This document shows, piece after piece, positions 13,003 through 23,380 of a stretch of DNA of 64,000 nt. Location of the stretch: assembly GCF_963921235.1 (NCBI RefSeq), contig NC_086121.1:29326001-29390000 (forward strand), given 5' to 3'. The notes under the pieces were generated by a model. The model saw only the letters and a list, made by a program, of their open reading frames with translations. It ran no database searches and had not been told where the DNA came from. The DNA is from Mobula hypostoma (lineage: Eukaryota). Both the position numbers and the translations under genes were made by a program. Positions within the stretch are counted from its first letter, which is position 1, and the number at the start of each line of letters is the position of its first letter.

Positions 13003-14303
13003 CCATGAAGAGGTCGTAATCCAGCCACAACAAAATATTCCCAGCTGAGCAACATGTCCTGCTGGGCCTTGCTGTAAACATTGCACTTACCGACTCGCAG
13101 ACACCAATCTCAATGCCTTGCAGTTAGCATGTCTCAGAGTTGAACCAGGCAAAGATTTACTACAGCAGCTTTCAAGACAACCCAGTATTTAACTCCTGTT
13201 TAAAACACTGGTGTTAAATAATTTCCACTTATCCATAATGAGAATGTTCTAACAATCTCAGAGAGCAGTTATGAGACCATTTTATGGCCTGTGTAGATCA
13301 GAAACCATTAAAATCCGTTCTGTGCTATGAATTGCTAGGTAATTAAGTGCCCTCAAAGTGAAAAGCAACCTACACACCTCAAAAGAAAAGCTAATTAATC
13401 TCAAAAACCAGCTGACAGATCAAATTTGGAGAGCAAGTTTTGTCAGATGTTGCAATTAGTTGGAGTCAGAATACTGACACATGCTGTCCAGCAGGAGGCG
13501 TTTGTCATTTCAGGTCAACTCGGAACATGCAATTGTTTGACAATGCTCCATGAAATGAGTGGAGAGAACACATCACCAGCTACTGGCGAAGGTTAAGCCA
13601 TGGCTTCATGTACTTGCATCTCATCTTCTCTCTGTGATGAAACATTTCTGCTTTGAAGAACTCCATTTACTGATGTAATTATTAGCTCGAGGCCAAGGAT
13701 AAAAGGTTGCCATCATCAAAACAGTTTGAACAGCTTGAAACTTTTATTTAGAAAGTTGAATGCCTATGCTTCAATTTTCTTACTTTTTATATTAAAAATG
13801 GTCAATTACTCCATCCATTATTAGGATTTTGACAGGTCTTCGAGCCACGATTCAATTAATGCTGAGAATGATCCCACTGCCTGCGTTCAAACTAAATTAT
13901 TAATTTGGTAAAAGCCAAGGGTCAGGGGTCTGGTGGGGGAAGGCTGATTCTTTATTGGAGCTCGTTCATGTTAAACTGACCTGCCCACGGTTCAGAGTGG
14001 GGACAAAGTCAAAATGCAAACGTATTCGTGCAGTCCAGCTATTTCATCTGCTAGCTATAATCACTGGTAGAGAACTAGTGAAGTTACAGAGGTTAAAATA
14101 ACTCTGCTTTATCCACCCTGATATGAATACTCAAGCTCCCACCCACACACAAATTTGGTAATTTCTAGCGCTCATTGTCACTGGTACCTGAACTCAATCA
14201 CCAGACTATGAACAGGCAACATTAGCTCTCATTAGCAAGTTAGCAGGTGCATGGGGAGGTGGGGAGGGGATATAAGTTTGTACATCACCAGACCATTACC
14301 TAC

Positions 14304-14404
14304 TTAGTGCAATTTTAGCCATGTGCAGCTGATTCACCCAAGAGATTTTGCTGCGAGCGTTTGGCGTGTTAAATACCACCATAAAGCTCACTGGCCTCCC
14401 AGAC
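14304..14404 (-). CDS. ARHGEF10L: ARHGEF10L exon ([33 protein letters not shown])
   Basis: ttacAG/GTAGGT, 101 nt, phase 2-1. Confidence 0.95.
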
Positions 14405-14678
14405 CTGTAAGGAAAGGGAATGGAGAAAAAAAAAAGACAATTAATCACAGTTTAGTTTTACTCGAAAGAAGAAATCTTAACCAGTTTTCAAAAAGTCAAG
14501 TAAGGGAGTTTATTTGTTATTAAGCCATTTTTGTAAGGCTCTCTCAGGGGAGCAAGTGCTGAGAATTATAGATTAAAAGATAAGCCCTTTTACAAACAGT
14601 TGAAAGGCACCTTCTGCAAGTGGATTTAGAAAATGTCGTCCTCAAAAAAATATATAGAAATTCTACTAATTTTGTTAC

Positions 14679-15515
14679 TGTTACGAGAATACACATAAAA
14701 TTAAGATGTTTGCTGGCCTGGGCTAGCATCAGTGGCATCAGCAGTTGGTCTGCCACCTGCCCTCAGGGGAAGGAGAGATAAGGAACAATGGAGCAGCGTC
14801 TGGAGATGTGTAATGAAGGGATGTGGGAGGAAGAGCTGTCTGGAGCGGCTCCCCCCTTTGAACCCTGAACTGTTTGAAGTGATGGACAGGCGATACCCCA
14901 GCAGGGGGATAAAAAGGGACAGGTTCACTAAGACAGACACACACGCCACCCGAGGTAACGAGACCCTGGAAGCGGTGCGCCTCTCACGAGTGGTGAGAAG
15001 TACCGGACAACGCACAGGGTGGAAAGGTACGATCAGCGGGAACCCGGTGTGTGTCCGCCCTTGCCTGGGTGCCGGGTTCACTGCAGAGGATCGACCGCAT
15101 CTGGAGGAGGGGTCACAGTCGGTGACCTCAGGTGACATCAGCAAGGACCCGCCCAAAAGTTGCTCGTGAGCAATCTCGCTGGTCTGTGAGTGAAGCTGTG
15201 CTGAATGATGAGTTGTTCTCTCTGTCTCTCTTCCCCCACCTTGTCCATCGCCATGGCAACGATTACTGCGAACTGAACTTTGAGTCATTTTGAAATTGGT
15301 CATTTACCCCTAGACAACGATAGAGCTTGATTGATGCTGTTATCTTAATTCTGTGCACATGTGTGGTTATCATTGTTGAATTGTTGCATTTATTATCCTT
15401 TCGATTACTGTGTTGCTTGTTTCTTTAATAAAACTTTCTTAGTTCTAGTACTCCAGACTCCAACTGAGTGATCCATTTCTGCTGGTTTGGCAACCCAGTT
15501 ACGGGGTACGTAACA
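14679..15515 (+). repeat. 5' LTR (837 bp)
   Basis: Direct repeat of 18643-19479 with no difference found by eye; AATAAA at 15427-15432. Confidence 0.97.
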
Positions 15516-15519
15516 TAAG

Positions 15520-15545
15520 TGGGGTTCTCGTCCGCGATTTTGAAC
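15520..15545 (+). promoter_or_regulatory. Primer-binding site, tRNA-Pro-like (imperfect)
   Basis: TGGGGTTCTCGTCCGCGATTTTGAAC versus tRNA-Pro complement TGGGGGCTCGTCCGGGATTTGAAC, 4 nt after the LTR. Confidence 0.75.
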
Positions 15546-15614
15546 GCTAAATTTGGGACAGAGTAAATTGATTGGGTCAAAATTCCCGAAAGAAAGAAAA
15601 GACAAACAGCAGAA

Positions 15615-18470
15615 ATGGAGGTTGAGGAATTTATAAAGGCGCCGACCTTGGAGGCATTAGAGGATGCCAGGAAATCGGAATTGATAGCTGTGGCCAAACG
15701 GGTGAATCTTGCTAAGGTGAAGTCGACAATGAGGAGAGAGGAGATACACAGAGCTATTGTAGAGCACTATGTATCTAAAGGTGTGTTTCCCCAAGGTGAG
15801 CTGGGGGAGGTGTCTATTGAAAAACCTGCTGGAGACGCGGTACAGGTACAGCTTGAAAAACTGAGACTCGAGCACGAGTTCCGGGTACGGCAGTTAGAAC
15901 ACGAAGAGAAGCAGTTAGAAAGGCAGGAGAGAGAGTTAGAAAGGCGGGAGAGAGAGAAAGAGTTAGAAAGGCGGGAGAGAGAGAAAGAGGTAGAAAGGCG
16001 GGAGAGAGAGAGACAGTTGGAGAGAGAGGAGAAACAGAGGGAAAGGGAATTTGAGCTGGAGAAGTTAAAGATAAGGGCCGAGCAGGGGCTCGTGCCGAAC
16101 CAAGGTGGAGGGTTCCGGGCGACCCAGGAGGTTAGGCTGGTTCCCCCATTTGACGATACCGATGTGGATCGGTACTTTCTCCATTTCGAAAAAGTGGCCA
16201 TAAGTCAGGACTGGCCAAGGGATAAGTGGGTTGTTTTACTTCAGAGTGTACTGAAAGGGAAAGCCCAACAAGCTTACTCCGCTTTATCCGCGGAAGATGC
16301 CCAGAAGTATGAGGTGGTGAAGGAGGCCATCCTCAGGATTTATGAGTTGGTCCCGGAGGCATACCGGCAGAGGTTCCGGAATGCGAGGAAGCGGTGGGAC
16401 CGCACGTATTTGGAGTTTGCTCGCGAGATGCAAACATATTGTGAGCGTTGGTGCGCCTCGAAGGGGGTAGAGGGGGATTATGACAGACTGCTGCAGCTGA
16501 TTCTGATTGAGCAGTTTAAAGGTTGTGTCCCTGAGGGTATGAGACCCTACCTCGATGAGAAAGAGGCAGCCACGTTAGCCGCAACTGCTAAGTTAGCGGA
16601 TGAGTATGCGTTGACGCATAAAATGAAGGTTGCCCCGAGTAAAGGCTACCAGAAGGGTAGTCAGGACGGCGGGGAGAGTCCGCCGGAAAAGTCAGAAAGT
16701 AAGCCGGGGACTAGTGAAAAGGATAAGGTAGACCGGGAGCAGTCTGGTAGGAAGTCTCCTGGGGTCGTCTGTTATAATTGTGGGAAAGTCGGACACTTTG
16801 CGTCCAGGTGCTTTGCCCCAAGGAAGGAGACGGGGAAAGGAAAAGCGGAAATTTTGAATGGCTGTATTGAGCTGTTAAGCGAACCGCTAGGGAAGGACAG
16901 GTCTGAAAAAGTCCAGGAAGGGCGCGAGAGGTTTATCTCGGCCGGACTGGTGTCAGTGAAGGAGAGGTTAAAACCAGTTCCAGTGCGGATCTGGAGAGAC
17001 ACGGGAGCGTGTCAGTCACTAATACTGAAGAGTGTATTAGAGTTTAGCTCAGAGACCCAGACTGGGGAGGTAGAGGTCAAAGGTGTTGGGGAAGGGACAG
17101 AGTCAGTCCCTTTGCACCAGATACATTTACAGAGCAACCTGGTCTCTGGACTAGTCACGATCGGGGTGAGGTCCGAATTACCGATGAAAGACGTGGAAGT
17201 CTTGCTCGGTAATGACATCGCCGGAGGAATCGTGTTCCCAGTTGTGAGATTGACGGGTCAGCCTGCCAGCATGGAGGCCCCGCCCGCGATGGTGAATTTG
17301 GCTGAAACATTTCTGCCAACCTTGTATGAGACAGGGTGTAGTGAGATAAGAGGTAGTGAGGGAGCTGGGACGGACGCAGCAGTAGCCAGGAAAGAATTTG
17401 TGCAGACACAGGAGCGAGACGAGGGGCTGATGGTTTTTGCCGAGACCGCTCTCTCTGACCCAGCCTTGACAAGCTATTGTGCGGATGAGGAAGTGCTAAG
17501 GAAGAAAGGGAAATCAAGTACAGCATCCGCAGATGAGGAGTGGGGGGTGGTGCAAAAGAGTTATGGGGATGAGGTTTTTAACATGGCCCACGAGGTACCC
17601 CCCGGTGGACATTTTGCGGTGCTGGAGGAAACAGTTGGTGGAATCATGAAAGAGATTTACCGGCTGCCCAGGGGGAAAAATGTTATTGATCATGACCGAC
17701 GCGAACTGAGACGGTCACCGGCTTTTGATATGCTAACAAACCTAGTCGGTGTTAGCGTGGAAATCAATGAAGCTAGGGGCCCCCTGCTAAGAGGAAAAAA
17801 CCATTTTGAAAAGATTAGGATGGGATCGGTCAGATGGGAGAAGGCTATTGTTTTGGCCAGGTCTACTGATAAGGTCTCTCCCTTAATCCCCGAAGGAGTA
17901 ATTAAACGACTCGCACCCATGTGTTTGATTGTCCCGAGGAAATGCAAAGAACTGGGACGTTGGGTGATTGTGGTTACAATAGGGCAGCCAAGTAAACAAC
18001 ACCCATATTTTTTGAGTAATTCAGTGACTAAAGGGCTGATGACCACAGAGGTGTGTATTGGCAATTTAATACGGCTGTCTGAAGCCAGTTTGATAGTGAA
18101 CCTTGAAAAAAATGAATTCGGCCACACGAGGGTCACCTACCTGGGAATTGTGGTGACACAGGGGCAGCTGGCAGTGATGCAAGCTGCAGTGCAGGCTGTC
18201 GCTGACCTCCCAACCCCGACAGACAAGAGGGCCCTCAGAAGGCTTTTGGAGATGGTGGGGTACTGCAGGAAGTTTTGCAATAACTCTGCGGTCAATACCC
18301 GTCCCCCTCCTTCTAAGCCCTTGCGAGAGAAAACTGAGCCGGAATGGGACGACCCTTGTTGTTGTGGTCCGGGACAAAACCAAATGAGAGGTTACATTGG
18401 TCGCAATTCATCAGTGTTTTTGGCCACTATGAAGTTTGCTGAGTTGGAGCCTGGTCTAAGGGATTATTAA
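15615..18470 (+). CDS. Gag (coiled coil, SCAN-like capsid, CCHC knuckle) plus aspartic protease, fused to eroded IN/RT/RNase H remnants
   Basis: ELVPEAYRQRFR...LILIEQF (SCAN-like); CYNCGKVGHFASRC 16770-16811; RDTGA (DTG 16998-17006) and LLGND; IN remnant AHEVPPGGHF precedes RT remnant (Gmr1 order); YxDD position reads CIGN (18054-18065). Confidence 0.9.
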   Translation: MEVEEFIKAPTLEALEDARKSELIAVAKRVNLAKVKSTMRREEIHRAIVEHYVSKGVFPQGELGEVSIEKPAGDAVQVQLEKLRLEHEFRVRQLEHEEKQLERQERELERREREKELERREREKEVERRERERQLEREEKQREREFELEKLKIRAEQGLVPNQGGGFRATQEVRLVPPFDDTDVDRYFLHFEKVAISQDWPRDKWVVLLQSVLKGKAQQAYSALSAEDAQKYEVVKEAILRIYELVPEAYRQRFRNARKRWDRTYLEFAREMQTYCERWCASKGVEGDYDRLLQLILIEQFKGCVPEGMRPYLDEKEAATLAATAKLADEYALTHKMKVAPSKGYQKGSQDGGESPPEKSESKPGTSEKDKVDREQSGRKSPGVVCYNCGKVGHFASRCFAPRKETGKGKAEILNGCIELLSEPLGKDRSEKVQEGRERFISAGLVSVKERLKPVPVRIWRDTGACQSLILKSVLEFSSETQTGEVEVKGVGEGTESVPLHQIHLQSNLVSGLVTIGVRSELPMKDVEVLLGNDIAGGIVFPVVRLTGQPASMEAPPAMVNLAETFLPTLYETGCSEIRGSEGAGTDAAVARKEFVQTQERDEGLMVFAETALSDPALTSYCADEEVLRKKGKSSTASADEEWGVVQKSYGDEVFNMAHEVPPGGHFAVLEETVGGIMKEIYRLPRGKNVIDHDRRELRRSPAFDMLTNLVGVSVEINEARGPLLRGKNHFEKIRMGSVRWEKAIVLARSTDKVSPLIPEGVIKRLAPMCLIVPRKCKELGRWVIVVTIGQPSKQHPYFLSNSVTKGLMTTEVCIGNLIRLSEASLIVNLEKNEFGHTRVTYLGIVVTQGQLAVMQAAVQAVADLPTPTDKRALRRLLEMVGYCRKFCNNSAVNTRPPPSKPLREKTEPEWDDPCCCGPGQNQMRGYIGRNSSVFLATMKFAELEPGLRDY
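15890..16050 (+). repeat. Coding 21/27-nt tandem repeat (ELERREREK-like)
   Basis: Repeated gagttagaaaggcgggagagagagaaa units inside gag. Confidence 0.85.
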
Positions 18471-18642
18471 TAACACGTGTAAAAGGAACAGAAAATGTGA
18501 TGACTGTCTGTCAAGGTGTTAACAGCTTCAAATTCTCTGTATTAGCTAAATAACTGTTAAAGATGTATATTGTGTATGTATCAGATAATGTAGTCATGTT
18601 TGTAATTTTTACCTCCCGGTAAAAATCCTTAAAGGGGGGAAG

Positions 18643-19479
18643 TGTTACGAGAATACACATAAAATTAAGATGTTTGCTGGCCTGGGCTAGCATCAGTGGC
18701 ATCAGCAGTTGGTCTGCCACCTGCCCTCAGGGGAAGGAGAGATAAGGAACAATGGAGCAGCGTCTGGAGATGTGTAATGAAGGGATGTGGGAGGAAGAGC
18801 TGTCTGGAGCGGCTCCCCCCTTTGAACCCTGAACTGTTTGAAGTGATGGACAGGCGATACCCCAGCAGGGGGATAAAAAGGGACAGGTTCACTAAGACAG
18901 ACACACACGCCACCCGAGGTAACGAGACCCTGGAAGCGGTGCGCCTCTCACGAGTGGTGAGAAGTACCGGACAACGCACAGGGTGGAAAGGTACGATCAG
19001 CGGGAACCCGGTGTGTGTCCGCCCTTGCCTGGGTGCCGGGTTCACTGCAGAGGATCGACCGCATCTGGAGGAGGGGTCACAGTCGGTGACCTCAGGTGAC
19101 ATCAGCAAGGACCCGCCCAAAAGTTGCTCGTGAGCAATCTCGCTGGTCTGTGAGTGAAGCTGTGCTGAATGATGAGTTGTTCTCTCTGTCTCTCTTCCCC
19201 CACCTTGTCCATCGCCATGGCAACGATTACTGCGAACTGAACTTTGAGTCATTTTGAAATTGGTCATTTACCCCTAGACAACGATAGAGCTTGATTGATG
19301 CTGTTATCTTAATTCTGTGCACATGTGTGGTTATCATTGTTGAATTGTTGCATTTATTATCCTTTCGATTACTGTGTTGCTTGTTTCTTTAATAAAACTT
19401 TCTTAGTTCTAGTACTCCAGACTCCAACTGAGTGATCCATTTCTGCTGGTTTGGCAACCCAGTTACGGGGTACGTAACA
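18643..19479 (+). repeat. 3' LTR (837 bp)
   Basis: Preceded by PPT AAAGGGGGGAAG; three ORF-track translations identical to those in the 5' LTR. Confidence 0.97.
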
Positions 19480-19804
19480 TAACCAATAGGATGTTTAGTG
19501 CCAAAAGCTGCTGAGATGTATTTTTAATTTTAAAATTTTAACCAGTCATGTTAAGAAAATACCATTTCACATCTTTAGAACATTTTAGTAAATGCAGACT
19601 GCTCTCTCATGGTTCAAACCCCATAAATCAGAGAGACCCAACTTGCAGAACTGGGTTCTTGGATCATGCTGTTCACCAGAAGCCTCCAAACTGAAAATCA
19701 ATCCAAGGATTAACCGCATTACAGAAAGAAAGATGTGCCAGTGAAGGAAAGCACCATTGAACACAACAAACAAACCTTAGGGCAGGCGACAAAAAGGGAG
19801 AGAG

Positions 19805-20738
19805 ACAGAAGAAAGGAAATTATAGACCAGTTAGTCTGACTTCCCAGTGGTTGGAAAGATGACAGAGTCAACTGTTAAGGATGAGGTTTCAGGGTACTTG
19901 GAAGCACATGACAAAATAGGCCATAGGCATAGTTTCCTCAGGAGAAAATCTTGCCATACAAATCTCTATTAGAATTCTTTGAAGAAATAACAAGCAGGAT
20001 AGATAAAGGAGAATCAGTCGATGCTGTGCACTTGGATTTTCAGAAGGCCTTTGACAAGGTGCCAACAATGAGGCTGCTTAATAAGTTAAGAGCCCATGGT
20101 ATTATAGGAAAGATACTAGCATGGATAAAGCAGTGGCTGATGGGCAGGAGGCAAAGGGTGGACATAAAGGGAACCTTTTCTGATTAGCTGCTGGTGACGA
20201 GTGGTGTTCCACAGTGATCTGTGTTGGGACTGCTTCTTTTGACATTGTATGTCAATGACTTGGAAAATGGAATTGATGACTTTGTTGCAAAGCTTGCGGA
20301 CGATACAAAGATAAGTAGAGGGGCAAGTAGTTTTGAGGAAGTGGGGGGGCTACAGAAGGACAGACAAATTAGGAGAATGGGCAAAGAAGTGGCAGATAAA
20401 ATACAGTGTCAGGAAGCATATGGTTATGCACTTTGGTAGAAGAAATAAATGTGTAGATTATTTTCTAAACAGAGAAAAAGTTCAAAAATCTGAGGAACAA
20501 AAGGACTTGGGAGTCCTTGTGCAGGCTTCCCTAAAGGTTCTTTTGCAGGTTGAGTCTGTGGTGAGGAAGGCAAATGCAATGGAGCATTCAATACAAGAGG
20601 ACTAGAATATAAAAGCAAGGATGTAATTCTAAGGCTTTATAAAGCACTGGAGAGACCTCGCTTAGAGCATCGTTAGCAGTTTTGGACCCCTTATCTTCAA
20701 AAGAATGTGCTGATACTGGAGAGGGTTCAAAGGAGGTT
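19805..20738 (+). mobile_element. CR1 LINE RT fragment, degenerate
   Basis: NYRPVSLT, LLEFFEEITSRIDKG, LDFQKAFDKVP, GVPQ*SVLG, KLADDTK, QKDLGV. Confidence 0.88.
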
Positions 20739-21036
20739 TGTGTCTCCTTTCCAATTTCAACATGCTCTGCTACCCTCGTATTGGAAAATGCCACCAGTAT
20801 AACCCAGTTCCTTCAAAGACATTTTATAGCTCCCTATCTTTAGATTGCAGCTTAAAAATATTTGCAATTGTATTTAGGGAAACAATTCCCAGAATAACTC
20901 ATTGGCACACAAATCTGAGGGAAAATTTGATTTGCTTAGATTAAAGTGAGGCTGTTGGAGACCACTTCAGACTTAACTCTACTCCTCCCCCACAAACTAC
21001 TCCCACCCCCCACAACCCTCTCCTCTTCCCCCTTAC

Positions 21037-21164
21037 TTGTCTGGTTTCCCTGGTAACAGGAGACGGAGGTGGCACTTGTTTGCTGACTGGATCTCATCCT
21101 CCTTAATCCTGATTAGCCTCTGCAGGGCTCTGGTCCAGTCTTGAGCTACGGTAAGATTTAGGTT
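21037..21164 (-). CDS. ARHGEF10L: ARHGEF10L exon ([42 protein letters not shown])
   Basis: tctcAG/GTAAG, 128 nt, phase 0-2. Confidence 0.95.
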
Positions 21165-22062
21165 CTGAGAACAGAACAGATAGGAATAATTATATGGCTA
21201 CAATAACAAAAATCATGATAAGATGTTACATGGGTGTTAAAACATGTACAACACCACTAACAGATGGCCATAGAACTGTTGCTCTCAATAAATCTTTCTT
21301 CCGGCCTAACATAAACCCCTTTGGTTCACTTCTTACTAAATTCCCTTCTCTCTGTATTTGAATATTTTACCACCTCACCTCAAGTCCTTCTTTAACATGT
21401 GAAGAATATCACTCTTTCTTGAAGAATGAAAAGATTTGTTTTAAATAAAAGGATTATCAAAAGATTTTTGCTAAAGTGTAATATTGCCTTAACTGGCTTG
21501 CTGTGTTTCAGCACAACGTAACTGAGAGCACCTTGCACTGTACTACTGCTCGCCAAACCTGCCATTTCACTCAACGGGAGATTTTCAATAACGCGTGAGA
21601 GTGATGAGCTGTGGTGGAAGTAATGCCCCAACCACAACCAGATACTGATGGCACCCCTTCTTGTCTCCCACAGTTGGGCACTAAGAATGTGTGTGCCTGT
21701 GGAGTTCATACCCCAAGATGGCCGATACCTCACAGAATCACTGACTAGACTATTGAAACATGTTGTAGACCACAACTTAAGAAGCAATGAAGGACCAACG
21801 GATAAGAGGCCTGCCAGCAGATTAGTTAGCATTCTGTGCATTGTCTTGAAGACCAACATGCCTTGCACGTTGCCTGGTTCACACTCTGTAGAAGGCAGGT
21901 CTGTAACAGTGCTGATGAGCACTTGAAAGTGCTATATGTACACAGGAGTGGGGCAGGAACACTCTGACGTGTGGAGTATGCACTTCTGTATCCTCAAAGG
22001 AGACGGCAGTTCTGATCTGTATAACTTCACCATGATTCCCTAAAGCAATGATATGCATTTAT

Positions 22063-22150
22063 GTCCTGAAGAAGGGTTTCGGCCCGAAACGTCGACTGTT
22101 TATTCAACCTGACCTGCTAAGATCCCCCAGCATTTTGTATGTGTTGCTAA
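22063..22150 (+). ncRNA. Minimal hammerhead ribozyme motif in a Penelope pLTR remnant
   Basis: GTC CTGAAGA A GGGT-TTCG-GCCC GAAA CGTC GAC: core CUGANGA/GAAA, stem II, palindromic ACGU, GUC site; stem I only 3 bp; activity unproven. Confidence 0.6.
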
Positions 22151-22259
22151 GTATTTAAATATTGTCTTCTACATCAGAAGATGTTGTGAGGGGCTTTTAC
22201 AGTTGTAAGGTGTATTTGACATTTTGCCTCTGTTATAAGATTAGAACTGAGTGCACTAG

Positions 22260-23380
22260 TTTTGTGCACAGCAAGCGCTAACAAGCAATCAGAACAAATC
22301 ATCTGACCAGTGTTTAAGTTACATTGGCTCACGAATAAATATCGTTCAACATTACAGGAGAATTTTGCTTGCTCCTTTTGAATATTGTCATGGAAGAGCC
22401 CAGCTGTGGGTTCAGAGAGCCCTGGTTTAAATGACTGGAACTCAGTAACCTGGAACCAATATTTATAATGTTCATATCAGCATCTTCCAGAGATCTCCAC
22501 ATGGGATTGCACCAGAGGTCAGATGAAGCTAGCTGAGCTCTCCCTCTGCCCCGGACTCACCTTCAGTTTTGGGACTTTCCTTGGTGACCCAAGCCAAGGG
22601 TTCAGCTGCGTACTGCACGAGTTATACCAGCCACGTACATCCATCTGGTTGAACGGGGTCACCGGAGGTAGAGCTACACATGCACTTTCTTGGCCATGCC
22701 ACTCGCGTGGTTCGAGCAGGACAGGCTACCGGTGACCTTCCCTCCCAGGAACTTGGAGCTCTTAACCATTTAATGTCAGCAGGAGGTTGTTTACCAATAC
22801 ACCCACCCTACCTTTCTAAAGTCAATGATTAGGTCTTGTGCTTGGCTAACATTGAGGGAAAAGTTGTTGTCACGCCAACATGCCACTAGGCTCCCTATAT
22901 CCTTCCTATACTCTGACTCACCATCATTTAAGATTCTGGCCCACTACAATGGGACCATCTGCAAACTGGTGGATGGAGTTAGAGCAGACTTGTCATTGTG
23001 AGCAGGCTGGGAGTAGAGGGCTTAGGACACAGTCTTGTAATGCACCTGTCTTGAGGATAGCCATGGCAGAGATTTTGCTGCCTATCATTACTATTTGTGG
23101 TTTGTTCATCTGGAAGTCAAGGATCAAGCTGCAAAGGGAGAAGTGCCTGGTCTAAGAGTCTAGGCCTAGATAGGATGAGAATGCCATTGACCTTACTGGA
23201 CAACCATGCTGGTGAGATCTTTGGTCATTAGGAGCTACACATCCACAAACTGGAGCTAATACACAGACCTTGATGGGCAGCGAGGACCAACCCAATATCT
23301 CCAATGAGGTGAGGTAGAGCTCCAACACTGCAGCATTTCAAAGGTAACCTAGATTTTGAACACAAGTCTCTGGTGCGGTG
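22260..23380 (-). mobile_element. DeuSINE-like remnant (about 22260-22435 and 23320-23380) split by a Rex1 RT fragment (about 22600-23300)
   Basis: Plus-strand tgcacagcaag...ataaatat...ggtttaa and ctccaacactgcagca...cctagattttg...caagtctctgg match consecutive parts of the remembered Deu consensus; the insert reads VKSSKFLG and KFADGPIVVG on minus. Confidence 0.55.

Larger units (their letters stand above)
14679..19479 (+). mobile_element. Gmr1-like Ty3/Gypsy LTR retrotransposon, non-autonomous, very recent
   Basis: Two 837-bp LTRs with TGTTACG...CGTAACA termini; tRNA-Pro-like PBS; PPT 18631-18642; single 951-aa ORF; flanks TTAC/TAAC. Confidence 0.95.

Noticed and set aside
14701-15303. 200-aa minus and 145-aa plus ORFs inside the LTR (duplicated at 18665-19267)
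   Set aside because: No recognisable domain; duplication simply reflects LTR identity; such lengths can occur by chance in GC-richer sequence
15890-16050. Regular short repeats suggestive of a CRISPR array
   Set aside because: No unique spacers; in-frame coding repeat; eukaryotic context
21392-21926. 176-aa and 92-aa overlapping ORFs in an intron
   Set aside because: No motif or convincing splice context; cannot support as genes
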